A DNA stretch of 64,000 nt from the NCBI GenBank assembly GCA_002440885.1, contig DJVY01000100.1:23702-87701 (forward strand). Reading direction: 5' to 3'. Below are positions 9,439-20,430 of the stretch, piece by piece (position 1 is the first letter of the stretch; each line of letters starts with the position of its first letter). The notes beneath the pieces are model-generated. The model did not search any database. It was given only the letters and a program-made list of their open reading frames with translations, and had not been told where the DNA came from. The position numbers and the translations under genes were made by a program. This DNA is from Bacteroidales bacterium UBA6244 (lineage in GTDB: Bacteria > Bacteroidota > Bacteroidia > Bacteroidales > F082).

Positions 9439-12400
9439 ATGAAAAATTTTAAACGAATTAATGACTATTTAGGTTGGTTGGTTTTTGCCATAGCCACCAC
9501 GGTGTATTTTTTAACCCTCGAACCGACAGCCAGTTGGTGGGATTGTGGCGAGTACATTGCAACTGCTTACAAATTACAGGTGGGTCACCCTCCGGGAGCT
9601 CCTTTGTTTCAGTTGCTTGGAAGATTTTTTTCAATGTTTGCCGGTGGTGATGTAGAAATGGTGGCTTACATGGTAAACGTCATGTCGGCCTTATCAAGTA
9701 GTTTCACCATTTTATTCTTGTTCTGGACCATCACCATGCTGGCCAAAAAGCTGATGGCAAATCATGAGAGTGGAGAAATGACGCAAGGTCAAAGTCTGGC
9801 CGTTTTGGGCGCAGGACTTGTTGGCTCATTAGCCTACACATTCAGCGATTCGTTTTGGTTTTCAGCGGTAGAAGGCGAGGTGTATGCCATGTCTTCCTTT
9901 TTTACTGCGGTGGTTTTTTGGGCCATCCTTCGGTGGGAAGAAGTTGCTGACAAGCGTACCGGTTACAGGTGGTTGTTGCTCATCGCATTTATAATTGGGT
10001 TGTCAATAGGCGTTCACTTGCTTAATTTATTGGCTATTCCGGCTATTGTTTACGTGTATTATTACAAAAAATATACCCCGTCTACCAAAGGCTTTTTACT
10101 CGCCGGCATCATTTCTTTGTTGATTTTGGTGGCCATCATGTACATCATCATCCCGGGGATAGTCGATCTGGCTGGAGGTTTTGAACTGTTTTTTGTCAAT
10201 ACTGTCGGGATGCCTTTTAATTCGGGGACAATTATCTATTTCCTGATTATAACAGCCGCCATTGTTTTTGGTCTATTATATACGCACAAAACAAATAAAA
10301 CCGCCCTTAATACAGCTATTCTGGCACTTACCTTTATTCTTATCGGATACTCGTCGTTTTTCATGCTGGTTATCAGGGCCAATGCCAATACCCCCATCAA
10401 CGAAAACGCGCCAAAGGATGCCATCAGCCTGCTCTCGTATTTAAACCGCGAACAATACGGCACTTGGCCTATATTTCATGGACAGTATTATAATGCGCCC
10501 GTAGTGAAACATGGTGATGGCAATCCGATTTACGTAAAGGATGCGGCCAAAGGAAAATATGTGATCAAGGATGACCGTAAGGGCACTGTGCCTGTTTATG
10601 ATGAACGTTTCACGACGGTTTTTCCTCGCATGTGGAGTGATCAAAAACCCGAACATATTCGCTTGTACAAGCATTTTGGCGACGTAAAAGGTGTTCCTAT
10701 ACGGGTGACAAATGCCGAAGGTGAACCTGAAGTGGTTTACAAACCGACATTTGGTGAAAATTTACGTTTCTTCTTTACCTACCAGGTGAGTCATATGTAC
10801 CTGCGGTATTTTATGTGGAATTTCGCCGGAAGACAAAACGACATTGAAAGTCAGGGTGAAATCGACCACGGAAACTGGATCAGTGGAATCGGGTTTATCG
10901 ATGCCTGGCGTCTGGGCGACCAAAATAACCTCCCCGACAGCATGAAGAATCCTGCCCGTGCCACCTTCTTTTTCCTGCCATTGATTTTAGGCCTTCTTGG
11001 TTTTGTTTTTCAACTTAACAAAAACACCAAAGACACTTGGGTGGTTAGTTTGCTTTTCATCATGACAGGTTTTGCCATTATTGTGTATCTCAACCAACAA
11101 CCCTTGCAACCTCGTGAGCGTGACTATGCTTATGCCGGCTCATTTTACGCGTTTGCCATCTGGATCGGGTTGGGAGTACTTTCGTTATACAGCTGGATGG
11201 AGAAGGTAATGTCGAATAAAACAGCTGCGGCTGTAGTAGTTACAGCGGTGGCTTTGCTTGCTGTTCCGGTTTTGATGGCCCAGCAAGGATGGGAAGGTCA
11301 TAACCGTTCAGGAAAATATGCTGCCCGTGATTTTGCACGTATGTACCTTGAATCGTGTGCCCCCAATGCCATATTGTTTACCAACGGCGATAACGATACC
11401 TTCCCTCTTTGGTATGTCCAGGAGGTAGAAGGGGTGCGAACCGATGTAAGGGTTGTAAACTATATGCTTTCATCGGGTGATTGGTATGTTGATCAGATGG
11501 GACGCAAAGTTTACGAATCTGACAGGCTGCCTTTGTCTATCGATCAGGATTTCTATAATAAAAAGGCCAATTATGTACCTCTGTTTGAACGTTTAGATAC
11601 GGCCGAATTGAAGGATGCTATAGAGTTTATAAAAGATCCGGGAAAAGGCTCTAAAGTGCCGCTACAGAATGGCGACTGGATTGATTATCTGCCTGCACGT
11701 AACCTGACCTATACTGTGGATAAAGAGGCAGCAGTGCGGACAGGTACGGTTGCTCCCGAAGACAGTGACAAAATTGTTGATGTCATATCGTGGCGTGTTG
11801 CCCAAAATGGTTTGTTCAGAAACGATCTGATGTTGCTTGATCTGATTGCCAACAACAACTGGGAGCGCCCCATCTATTTTGCTAATCCGAGCAGTGTAAG
11901 CAAAGTGCTCAATGTGGACAAATATTGCCACCAGGAAGGCGTTGTTTATCGCTTTAAGCCAACACCAGCGGATGAATACATCAAACGGGTTGGAGGAGTT
12001 GATGCGGATAGAACTTATGAAGTGCTGATGAGCGAAAACGCAAGCTGGGGACGATTGAACGAGGAAGATGTTGTTGTGGACCGTGAGAGTGCCAGAAATT
12101 CAGGGATGGCAAAACAGAACTATGTGCGGTTGGCTCAGGCTCTGATGAACCAGGGCAAGAAAGATTCGGCTGTTGCTGTTTTAGACCGCGGAATCGAGTT
12201 TTTCCCACCTGAGAAGTTCCCGTTCGATTATTACATGCTGTCATGGGCTGAATTTTACTACGAGGCCGGCGCAACAGATAGAGGGAACGATGTAGCCAGG
12301 AAGCTTACCGAGAGGTATGCTCAGGACTTGGCTTATTACAGCGCACTCCCCGATAAGTTCGCCTCCTATTATCAGGACAATGTTCAGGAAGCTATGGCTG

Positions 12401-12507
12401 TGTTGCAGCGACTGATGCAAATGACCGAACGCTATAAACAGGAGGAGTTGGGTAAAGAAATTGAAAAAACCTTCTACGATAACATGACTTCTCTGCAATT
12501 GCAATAA
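9439..12507 (+). CDS. DUF2723 (TMEM260-like) GT-C fold membrane protein with soluble C-terminal helical-repeat domain
   Basis: 1022 aa with many TM helices. The N-terminal block FLTLEPTASWWDCGEYIATAYKLQVGHPPGAPLFQLLGRFF is the DUF2723 signature as I remember it. Confidence 0.75.
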   Translation: MKNFKRINDYLGWLVFAIATTVYFLTLEPTASWWDCGEYIATAYKLQVGHPPGAPLFQLLGRFFSMFAGGDVEMVAYMVNVMSALSSSFTILFLFWTITMLAKKLMANHESGEMTQGQSLAVLGAGLVGSLAYTFSDSFWFSAVEGEVYAMSSFFTAVVFWAILRWEEVADKRTGYRWLLLIAFIIGLSIGVHLLNLLAIPAIVYVYYYKKYTPSTKGFLLAGIISLLILVAIMYIIIPGIVDLAGGFELFFVNTVGMPFNSGTIIYFLIITAAIVFGLLYTHKTNKTALNTAILALTFILIGYSSFFMLVIRANANTPINENAPKDAISLLSYLNREQYGTWPIFHGQYYNAPVVKHGDGNPIYVKDAAKGKYVIKDDRKGTVPVYDERFTTVFPRMWSDQKPEHIRLYKHFGDVKGVPIRVTNAEGEPEVVYKPTFGENLRFFFTYQVSHMYLRYFMWNFAGRQNDIESQGEIDHGNWISGIGFIDAWRLGDQNNLPDSMKNPARATFFFLPLILGLLGFVFQLNKNTKDTWVVSLLFIMTGFAIIVYLNQQPLQPRERDYAYAGSFYAFAIWIGLGVLSLYSWMEKVMSNKTAAAVVVTAVALLAVPVLMAQQGWEGHNRSGKYAARDFARMYLESCAPNAILFTNGDNDTFPLWYVQEVEGVRTDVRVVNYMLSSGDWYVDQMGRKVYESDRLPLSIDQDFYNKKANYVPLFERLDTAELKDAIEFIKDPGKGSKVPLQNGDWIDYLPARNLTYTVDKEAAVRTGTVAPEDSDKIVDVISWRVAQNGLFRNDLMLLDLIANNNWERPIYFANPSSVSKVLNVDKYCHQEGVVYRFKPTPADEYIKRVGGVDADRTYEVLMSENASWGRLNEEDVVVDRESARNSGMAKQNYVRLAQALMNQGKKDSAVAVLDRGIEFFPPEKFPFDYYMLSWAEFYYEAGATDRGNDVARKLTERYAQDLAYYSALPDKFASYYQDNVQEAMAVLQRLMQMTERYKQEELGKEIEKTFYDNMTSLQLQ

Positions 12508-12532
12508 AAGGTCATTACTAAAAATAAAAATC

Positions 12533-12576
12533 CCCGGTTTTATTTGCCATATAAGCAATAAAACCGGGTTTTTTTT
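12533..12576. terminator. bidirectional rho-independent terminator between convergent DUF2723 gene and iorB
   Basis: CCCGGTTTTATT-(12 nt)-AATAAAACCGGG followed by TTTTTTTT. An A-rich run upstream gives a U-run on the other strand. Confidence 0.75.
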
Positions 12577-12590
12577 GTCTCGTAAAACGA

Positions 12591-13175
12591 TCAGCCTCTC
12601 TTGTCAGCAAGTTGACGTCCGGCATGCAAAGCTTTTAAGTTCATCTTAACCATATCGTCTCCTTTTTTAGCAAAAATTGACTCGATAGCTTTTTCAAAAC
12701 TTTCTGGTTTTATGCCCAGGTAGGGTAGAGCTGCTCCCAACACCACGATGTTGGCGGCTTTTATCGAACCCTGTTCTTTGGCTACTTTCTCGGCGTCAAT
12801 GGTTACGTTGTGAGGGAGATTCCAGATTTCGTTGAGAATAACTTCCAGATCGGGATACTCAGGTATGTTGACAAAGGGATTCATGGAAGTGATAATCCAC
12901 CCCGTTTCTTTGTTTAACATGTTGATATATCTGAGCGACTCCATTGGTTCAACAGAAATTACCAGGTCGGCTTTGCCTTCAGGAATCAGATCAGAGGCGA
13001 TTGGGTTCGACGAGATACGCAAATGCGATTGTACATCGCCACCCCGCTGACTCATGCCGTGCACTTCGGCTTGTTTAAGCTGCAAACCCTCTATCAATGC
13101 TGCCGTTCCGATAACCGTGGCAATGGTTAGTATTCCTTGTCCACCAACACCGGCCAAAATGATATCTTTTTTCAT
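12591..13175 (-). CDS. iorB: indolepyruvate:ferredoxin oxidoreductase subunit beta
   Basis: 194 aa. MKKDIILAGVGGQGILT start is typical of the gamma-type domain of 2-oxoacid:ferredoxin oxidoreductases. It lies directly downstream of iorA. Confidence 0.8.
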   Translation of the reverse strand: MKKDIILAGVGGQGILTIATVIGTAALIEGLQLKQAEVHGMSQRGGDVQSHLRISSNPIASDLIPEGKADLVISVEPMESLRYINMLNKETGWIITSMNPFVNIPEYPDLEVILNEIWNLPHNVTIDAEKVAKEQGSIKAANIVVLGAALPYLGIKPESFEKAIESIFAKKGDDMVKMNLKALHAGRQLADKRG

Positions 13176-13232
13176 GTATGTATTTTTTTCTGTTTAAGCG
13201 ATTTCTTTATTTCTTATTCGTGTGATAAAGAA

Positions 13233-14852
13233 CTAATTACCAGCCTCTTTTTTCTGAAGCGCTTTTAATTTCATTCTTCTTCCCAGTGTCTGAATACATT
13301 CACGCCGGGCAATAATCACGGACACACCCATGAATTCCAGTTCCTCCAACATGATTTTCACGTTTTCTTCATGGTTTCTTCTCAGCGGAATAATTACACG
13401 AATATGCTCTTCGTTTACGCCCAAACCTTTCACAATATCATCTACCCTTCCATGGGCTGATGAATCCTGACCACCTGTCATACCTGTGGTGGCATTGTCG
13501 AGGATAAGCACCAGGATTGGAGAATTATTGTTTACGGCGTCAAGCAAGCCTGTCATACCCGAATGGGTGAAAGTTGAATCGCCAATGGCGGCAACGGCAG
13601 GCACAAGTCCTGCATCGGCTGCACCCACAGCCATGGTGATTGAAGCGCCCATGTCCACGCAACTGTTGATGGATTCGAGGGGCTTCAAAGCGCTAAGTGT
13701 GTAGCATCCGATATCGGAAAAAACCCGTCCTGATGAAAACCGGGTGAGGGCTTCATTTAATGCCAGGAAACTGTCGGTATGCGAACATCCCTCGCACAAG
13801 GAGGGCGGGCGTCCCTGTAATATTTTGGGTTGTTGGAATCCTTCGCTCACAGGAAGACCAATGGCCTTGGCCACGATATTTGGGTTAAGTTCACCGGCAG
13901 CGGGAACGGTTCCATCCATACGTCCCATAATTTTTTTGCCCCTGTTCAGGTAGCCTCTCAGCAACTCCTCAAAAACAGGATACCCATCTTCCAAAACCAG
14001 AATCTCATCCGATGTGTCGTAAAGTTTTTCAACTAGCTCATGGGGCACCGGATACTGACCAATTTTAAGTACAGAAAATGGAACCTGATGGTTTTCAAAG
14101 TTCTCCATCAGGTAGTTATACGCCAAACCACAGGCAATAATGCCTAAAGTGGTGTCTGATCCCTGAATCAGTGCGTTAAAGCCCGATTTGGCGGCATCGG
14201 CCTCAAATTGAGCCTGTTTGCCGAGAAGTAAATTGTATTGTTTACGAGCGATTGAGGGCAGCAGAACAAATTGCTTCAGGTTTGAAGGCAACGACAGATC
14301 GTTTTGTTCTAAAATCTCTGCTCTTAAAACGCCGGAGCGGGAGTGAGCCAGTCGGGTGGTTACCCTGATCAGTACAGGCGTGCCAAATTTTTCGGAAAGG
14401 GTGAAAGCATACCGGGTCATGTCGTAGGCTTCCTGTTGATTTGACGGCTCCAGAACAGGTATCATGGCAAATTTTCCGTAGAAACGTGAATCTTGTTCAT
14501 TTTGCGATGAATGCATGCTGGGGTCATCGGCTGACAAAATTACCAATCCGCCGTTAGCTCCCGTGATGGCTGAATTTACAAAAGCATCGGCGGCTACATT
14601 TAATCCTACATGTTTCATGCAAACCAGTGCTTTTTTGCCAGCGTACGACATGCCGATGGCGCTTTCCATGGCTGTTTTTTCGTTAGCTGACCAATTCGAT
14701 CTGATATGGCGCTCTTTTGCCTCGGCTGAGGCCTGTATGTATTCGGTTATTTCGGTGGATGGAGTGCCGGGATAGGCATAAACACCCGATAATCCGGCGT
14801 CTATAGCTCCCTGAGCAATGGCCTCATCACCTAATAATAATAATTTTTGCAT
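13233..14852 (-). CDS. iorA: indolepyruvate:ferredoxin oxidoreductase subunit alpha (TPP-dependent)
   Basis: 539 aa. TPP-binding loop IGDSTFTHSGMTGL, CEGCSH cysteine motif, and overall IorA-like layout. Confidence 0.8.
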   Translation of the reverse strand: MQKLLLLGDEAIAQGAIDAGLSGVYAYPGTPSTEITEYIQASAEAKERHIRSNWSANEKTAMESAIGMSYAGKKALVCMKHVGLNVAADAFVNSAITGANGGLVILSADDPSMHSSQNEQDSRFYGKFAMIPVLEPSNQQEAYDMTRYAFTLSEKFGTPVLIRVTTRLAHSRSGVLRAEILEQNDLSLPSNLKQFVLLPSIARKQYNLLLGKQAQFEADAAKSGFNALIQGSDTTLGIIACGLAYNYLMENFENHQVPFSVLKIGQYPVPHELVEKLYDTSDEILVLEDGYPVFEELLRGYLNRGKKIMGRMDGTVPAAGELNPNIVAKAIGLPVSEGFQQPKILQGRPPSLCEGCSHTDSFLALNEALTRFSSGRVFSDIGCYTLSALKPLESINSCVDMGASITMAVGAADAGLVPAVAAIGDSTFTHSGMTGLLDAVNNNSPILVLILDNATTGMTGGQDSSAHGRVDDIVKGLGVNEEHIRVIIPLRRNHEENVKIMLEELEFMGVSVIIARRECIQTLGRRMKLKALQKKEAGN

Positions 14853-14890
14853 CGCTGTATCTTAAATGATTAAGTATATTATTTATGTTA

Positions 14891-14898
14891 CAAAATTA
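14891..14898 (-). promoter_or_regulatory. -7 promoter box (TAnnTTTG) for iorAB
   Basis: The minus strand reads TAATTTTG, 39 nt upstream of ATG 14852. Confidence 0.4.
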
Positions 14899-15111
14899 CC
14901 AAAATTGAAAGATTAAACTTATGACGGTTTTAATATATATCCATTTTAAATTGTAGAAAAGTCAAGATTTCAAACGTTTGTGTTTATGATAAACCATGTT
15001 AGGAAAAACACAGCGTTATGCGTTCAATTCGTGCAGTTTTAACAGATGTTCCTGTAGGTTTATTTAGCACCTTTGCAAAATGAAAAGTTTTTCATTTTTA
15101 GGGTCTGACGA

Positions 15112-16996
<1,885 letters not shown>

Positions 16997-17115
16997 CTAA
17001 GTTTTATTAAGGGATGCCATGTTTGCTTGCTTACAGGATATACCATTTCATGATTAACCCCATTTGGCCTTTTGGTTTGCGTAAAAGTAATCATGGCAAT
17101 TTCATTAGTTACACA

Positions 17116-17142
17116 TTAAAAAACCCTGAGCGAACAGGGTTT
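17116..17142 (-). terminator. rho-independent terminator after fur
   Basis: The minus strand reads AAACCCTG-ttcgct-CAGGGTTT followed by TTTAA (U-run of ~6 counting stem Us), about 70 nt after the fur stop. Confidence 0.5.
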
Positions 17143-17209
17143 ATTTCAGTTGACAAAGATACTACTTTTGCGAAGCTTGCAAAAACAATGAGGTAAATAT
17201 CTTATGAGG

Positions 17210-17674
17210 TTAGTCGCCGGATTCTTCATTCTTTTTGCACTTACCATAAAAGGTAAGGCTGTGGTAGGATACTTCAACTCCTAACAGCTCTTCAACGGCT
17301 TTTTGTATCTCCTGGATGCGGGGATCGCAGAATTCCAACACTTTACCATCTTCTATGCAAACAAAATGATCGTGTTGTTTGTATTTAAACGACCGCTCAA
17401 ATTGAGCACAGTTGTTACCAAACTGGTGTTTGGTAACCAGGTTGCAATCCAGCAGCAGTTCGATGGTGTTGTAAAGCGTAGCCCTGCTCACCCTGTATTT
17501 ATTGTTCTTCATACGGATGTACAAAGTTTCGATATCGAAATGCCCTTCGGTAGCATAAATCTCTTTTAAGATTGTATAACGCTCAGGGGTTTTGCGATGC
17601 CCTTTTGATTCCAGGTAGTCAGTAAAAATTTTTTTTACTGACTCAAATGTGTCTTTTCTATTATTGAACTTCAT
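17210..17674 (-). CDS. fur: Fur family transcriptional repressor
   Basis: 154 aa from ATG 17674 (the track start at 17680 is TTG). Winged-helix block [16 protein letters not shown]...RATLYNT and metal-site block KQHDHFVC. Confidence 0.8.
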   Translation of the reverse strand: MKFNNRKDTFESVKKIFTDYLESKGHRKTPERYTILKEIYATEGHFDIETLYIRMKNNKYRVSRATLYNTIELLLDCNLVTKHQFGNNCAQFERSFKYKQHDHFVCIEDGKVLEFCDPRIQEIQKAVEELLGVEVSYHSLTFYGKCKKNEESGD

Positions 17675-17761
17675 CACCAACTCAGTTTGGGTGGTAAAAA
17701 TACATATTTTTATTTTTATATGGTTTAATTACAAATAGATTTTTTTAAATCTTTGAATTTT

Positions 17762-19993
17762 TCATGTAATTTTTTCGAGACGGGTAATTTTGATGATCTC
17801 ATCCAGTTTTTTTAAACGCGAAATCAGCTTGTTCAAAGTTTCAGTGTTTTCTATGTAAACAGTTGTATTTAAGTCGATAAGCCCTTCGGTACTCTTCAGG
17901 TTGAAGGACCTTATATTGATTTGAAACTCTTCGGTAATGATGCCTGAAACCTTGAGGATAAACCCCATGTTATCGGCTGCTTTTATGTTGAAACCGGCTA
18001 AAAATTTTATTCCTTCCTTTTGTTTCCATTTGGCTTTTACGATATTGTTGCCGTACTGCGACATCAGTTCAATTGCTTTTGGGCAGTCTACCTTGTGTAC
18101 CTGAATGGGTTCGTTTGGAAACATCAGTCCCATCACATTGTCGCCGGGGATGGGATTACAACAATCGGAGGCAATGTATTCGCTTGTATTGAAATCTGAC
18201 TTGTAGTTAATAGGCTGTTGTTCGGCAGTAGGATTTTCTGTATCCGCTCTTTTTGGTGAGGTGTTGGTGTTTTTGTTTTTCGAAAAAGGCGACCAGAAGC
18301 TTCTGATCCAGCTTATCCTGGATTCGCTGGGATGGAGGATTTCTTTTATCTCCTTCAGTCCGATCATATCTTTGGCTACGTAGTAGTACAAATCGACTGA
18401 GCCTTTTATCCGGCTTCCGGCTACAATTTGCGCTATGGTGTTTTTGTTGTGTTCAATATTAAGTTGTTTCAGGATGGCGTCCATTTTACTCATGCCCTCG
18501 GCTCTGAAACTTTTTCGATCTTGTCGTATAGCGGCTTTAATGCGGGCCTTTGCTCTGGCCGTAACCACAAATTTAAACCAGTCATCGCGAGGTTTTTGCA
18601 CTTTGGAAGTGATTACTTCAACCTGATCGCCCGACTTAAGTTTGTGGTCGATAGGGTGCATTTTTCTATCAATATTGGCTCCAATACAAGCGTTTCCGAC
18701 ATCGGTATGAATGGCATAGGCAAAGTCGAGAACGGTAGCATGTTGCGGCATGTTTATTATTTCACCTTTTGGGGTGAAGACAAATATTTCTTCGGCAAAA
18801 AGGTTTTTCTTAAAGTCGTTGATGAAGTCAAAGGTATTGTCTTCATTTTCAAGTAAAAGCAGTTGCGTTTTCTTCAGCCAGTTTTCCAGGCTGGTATCCA
18901 CATTCGAAGTGTCTTTGTATTTCCAATAAGCCGCGTATCCTTTGTTTGCAATTTCCTCCATTCGTATGCTTCGGATATGCACATCGACCCATTTTCCATG
19001 AGGTCCCATTACCGTGCAATGAATAGCCTCGTAGCCATTGGCCTTTGGTGTGCTGATCCAGTCGCGTAACCTTTTATTGTTAGGTTTATATATAGAGGTG
19101 ATAATAGAATAGGTCACCCAGCACTGCAATTTTTCATCTTTTGCATCGCCATCGAGCACGAAATCGAATGAAAAAGTATTGTAGATTTCGTCGAACGAAA
19201 CCTCTTGGGCTTTCATTTTTTGCCAGATGGAGTAAGCTGTTTTTTGGTGTAGCTTAACTTCGTATTTATAATCCAGTTTGAGCAACTCAGCCTCTATGGG
19301 GAGTTTAAAGTTGTAGAAGTAGTCGACGATCTCCTCTTTTTTGGCCTCTATCTGGCTATTAATCTCCTCGTAAAGTTCGGGCTGTGAGTATTTAAAAGCC
19401 AGTTCCTCCAGTTCGCTTTTTATGGTATACAGTCCCAGCCTGAAGGCCAGCGGAGCATAGATAAAAAGTGTTTCGGAGGCAATTTTTAGTTGTTTTTCGC
19501 GGGGCATGGCATCGAGAGTGCGCATGTTGTGAAGTCGGTCGGCCAGTTTTATCAATATTACCCTGACATCGTCGGTAAGGGTAAGCAGGATTTTCTTTAG
19601 TGTTTCGGCTTGAGCCGTTGTAGTGGAAATGGATATTTCATCAATTTTGGTTAGTCCATCAATTATCCTGGCCACTTCGTTGCCAAACATGCCTTTGATG
19701 TCGTCCAGGGTTAAATCGGTATCTTCAACTGTGTCATGGAGTAACGCGGCAATGATTGAGGTGCGCCCCAGACCAATTTCGCCGGCGGCAATGGTGGCCA
19801 CGTTTATCGGATGCAGTATGAACGATTCTCCCGATCGCCTCCGCATGTCTTTATGCGCATCTGCCGCTAGCCTGAAAGCTTTCCTGACCATCCACTTGTC
19901 GAGGGTGTCTTTGCGGGTGTACCAAACCTCAATAAGTCGCCTGTAGTGACGCAGTATTTCCTGACGGTCGATGTCTGTAACTGTTGAGGCCAT
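17762..19993 (-). CDS. relA: bifunctional (p)ppGpp synthetase/hydrolase (RelA/SpoT homologue)
   Basis: HD hydrolase motif (LLHDTVEDT), synthetase block (RDWISTPKANGYEAIH), TGS block (VFTPKGEIINMPQHATVLDFAYAIH) and ACT-like C-terminus. ATG 19993 is preferred over TTG 20020 because the -7 box sits at 20018-20025. Confidence 0.9.
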   Translation of the reverse strand: MASTVTDIDRQEILRHYRRLIEVWYTRKDTLDKWMVRKAFRLAADAHKDMRRRSGESFILHPINVATIAAGEIGLGRTSIIAALLHDTVEDTDLTLDDIKGMFGNEVARIIDGLTKIDEISISTTTAQAETLKKILLTLTDDVRVILIKLADRLHNMRTLDAMPREKQLKIASETLFIYAPLAFRLGLYTIKSELEELAFKYSQPELYEEINSQIEAKKEEIVDYFYNFKLPIEAELLKLDYKYEVKLHQKTAYSIWQKMKAQEVSFDEIYNTFSFDFVLDGDAKDEKLQCWVTYSIITSIYKPNNKRLRDWISTPKANGYEAIHCTVMGPHGKWVDVHIRSIRMEEIANKGYAAYWKYKDTSNVDTSLENWLKKTQLLLLENEDNTFDFINDFKKNLFAEEIFVFTPKGEIINMPQHATVLDFAYAIHTDVGNACIGANIDRKMHPIDHKLKSGDQVEVITSKVQKPRDDWFKFVVTARAKARIKAAIRQDRKSFRAEGMSKMDAILKQLNIEHNKNTIAQIVAGSRIKGSVDLYYYVAKDMIGLKEIKEILHPSESRISWIRSFWSPFSKNKNTNTSPKRADTENPTAEQQPINYKSDFNTSEYIASDCCNPIPGDNVMGLMFPNEPIQVHKVDCPKAIELMSQYGNNIVKAKWKQKEGIKFLAGFNIKAADNMGFILKVSGIITEEFQINIRSFNLKSTEGLIDLNTTVYIENTETLNKLISRLKKLDEIIKITRLEKIT

Positions 19994-20017
19994 TTTTTTT
20001 CGCACATTATCCGACAG

Positions 20018-20025
20018 CAAAATTA
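20018..20025 (-). promoter_or_regulatory. -7 promoter box (TAnnTTTG) for relA/spoT
   Basis: The minus strand reads TAATTTTG, 25 nt upstream of ATG 19993. Confidence 0.45.
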
Positions 20026-20242
20026 ACGATTTTTAAGGTTTTACCTCTGATTACAGAAAAATATCCTGCTTCTTACTGATTTTGTAAATATATCCTGTTA
20101 GAAGCAGTTAATACCGAGAGGATTAGGTTTTTTGTTTTCGTTCTGAAAACGATCATGATAAACCGATTCGGTATAATCTTACGCAATCCTGTATTTAACG
20201 GTACACAGCAGACTTTTTTGGCATAGGGTTTGCATTTTTTTG

Positions 20243-20250
20243 TAGTTTTG
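20243..20250 (+). promoter_or_regulatory. possible -7 promoter box for the T9SS cargo gene (would imply a ~175-nt leader)
   Basis: TAGTTTTG is a perfect match, but it lies 181 nt upstream of ATG 20431. Confidence 0.3.
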
Positions 20251-20430
20251 ATGAATTGAAAAAACCAATTTGAATGGACATAACCTCTTATCGTAATTTC
20301 ATAATTCTTGTCTGTGGTTATTCGAGTGGATATCTATCGTTGGCTCGATTAATTGCACAAGAACAAACCTGCAATTCCATTTGCTTCGGCTCATGAAGTT
20401 GTGTTCTGTAATGAATCAAAAATCTACCAG

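Noticed and set aside
14971-14980. CAAACGTTTG, a LacI/CcpA-like 10-bp palindrome between iorA and acpH.
   Set aside because: Perfect 10-bp palindromes are expected tens of times per 64 kb by chance (4^-5 per position). The flanks do not extend the symmetry, and the neighbouring genes have no sugar link.
20061-20107. Inverted repeat CTGCTTCT...AGAAGCAG (26-nt loop) with duplicated ATATCCTG upstream of relA.
   Set aside because: An 8-bp stem with a long AT-rich loop is expected by chance in a 400-bp AT-rich intergenic region. No T-run or other signal is attached.
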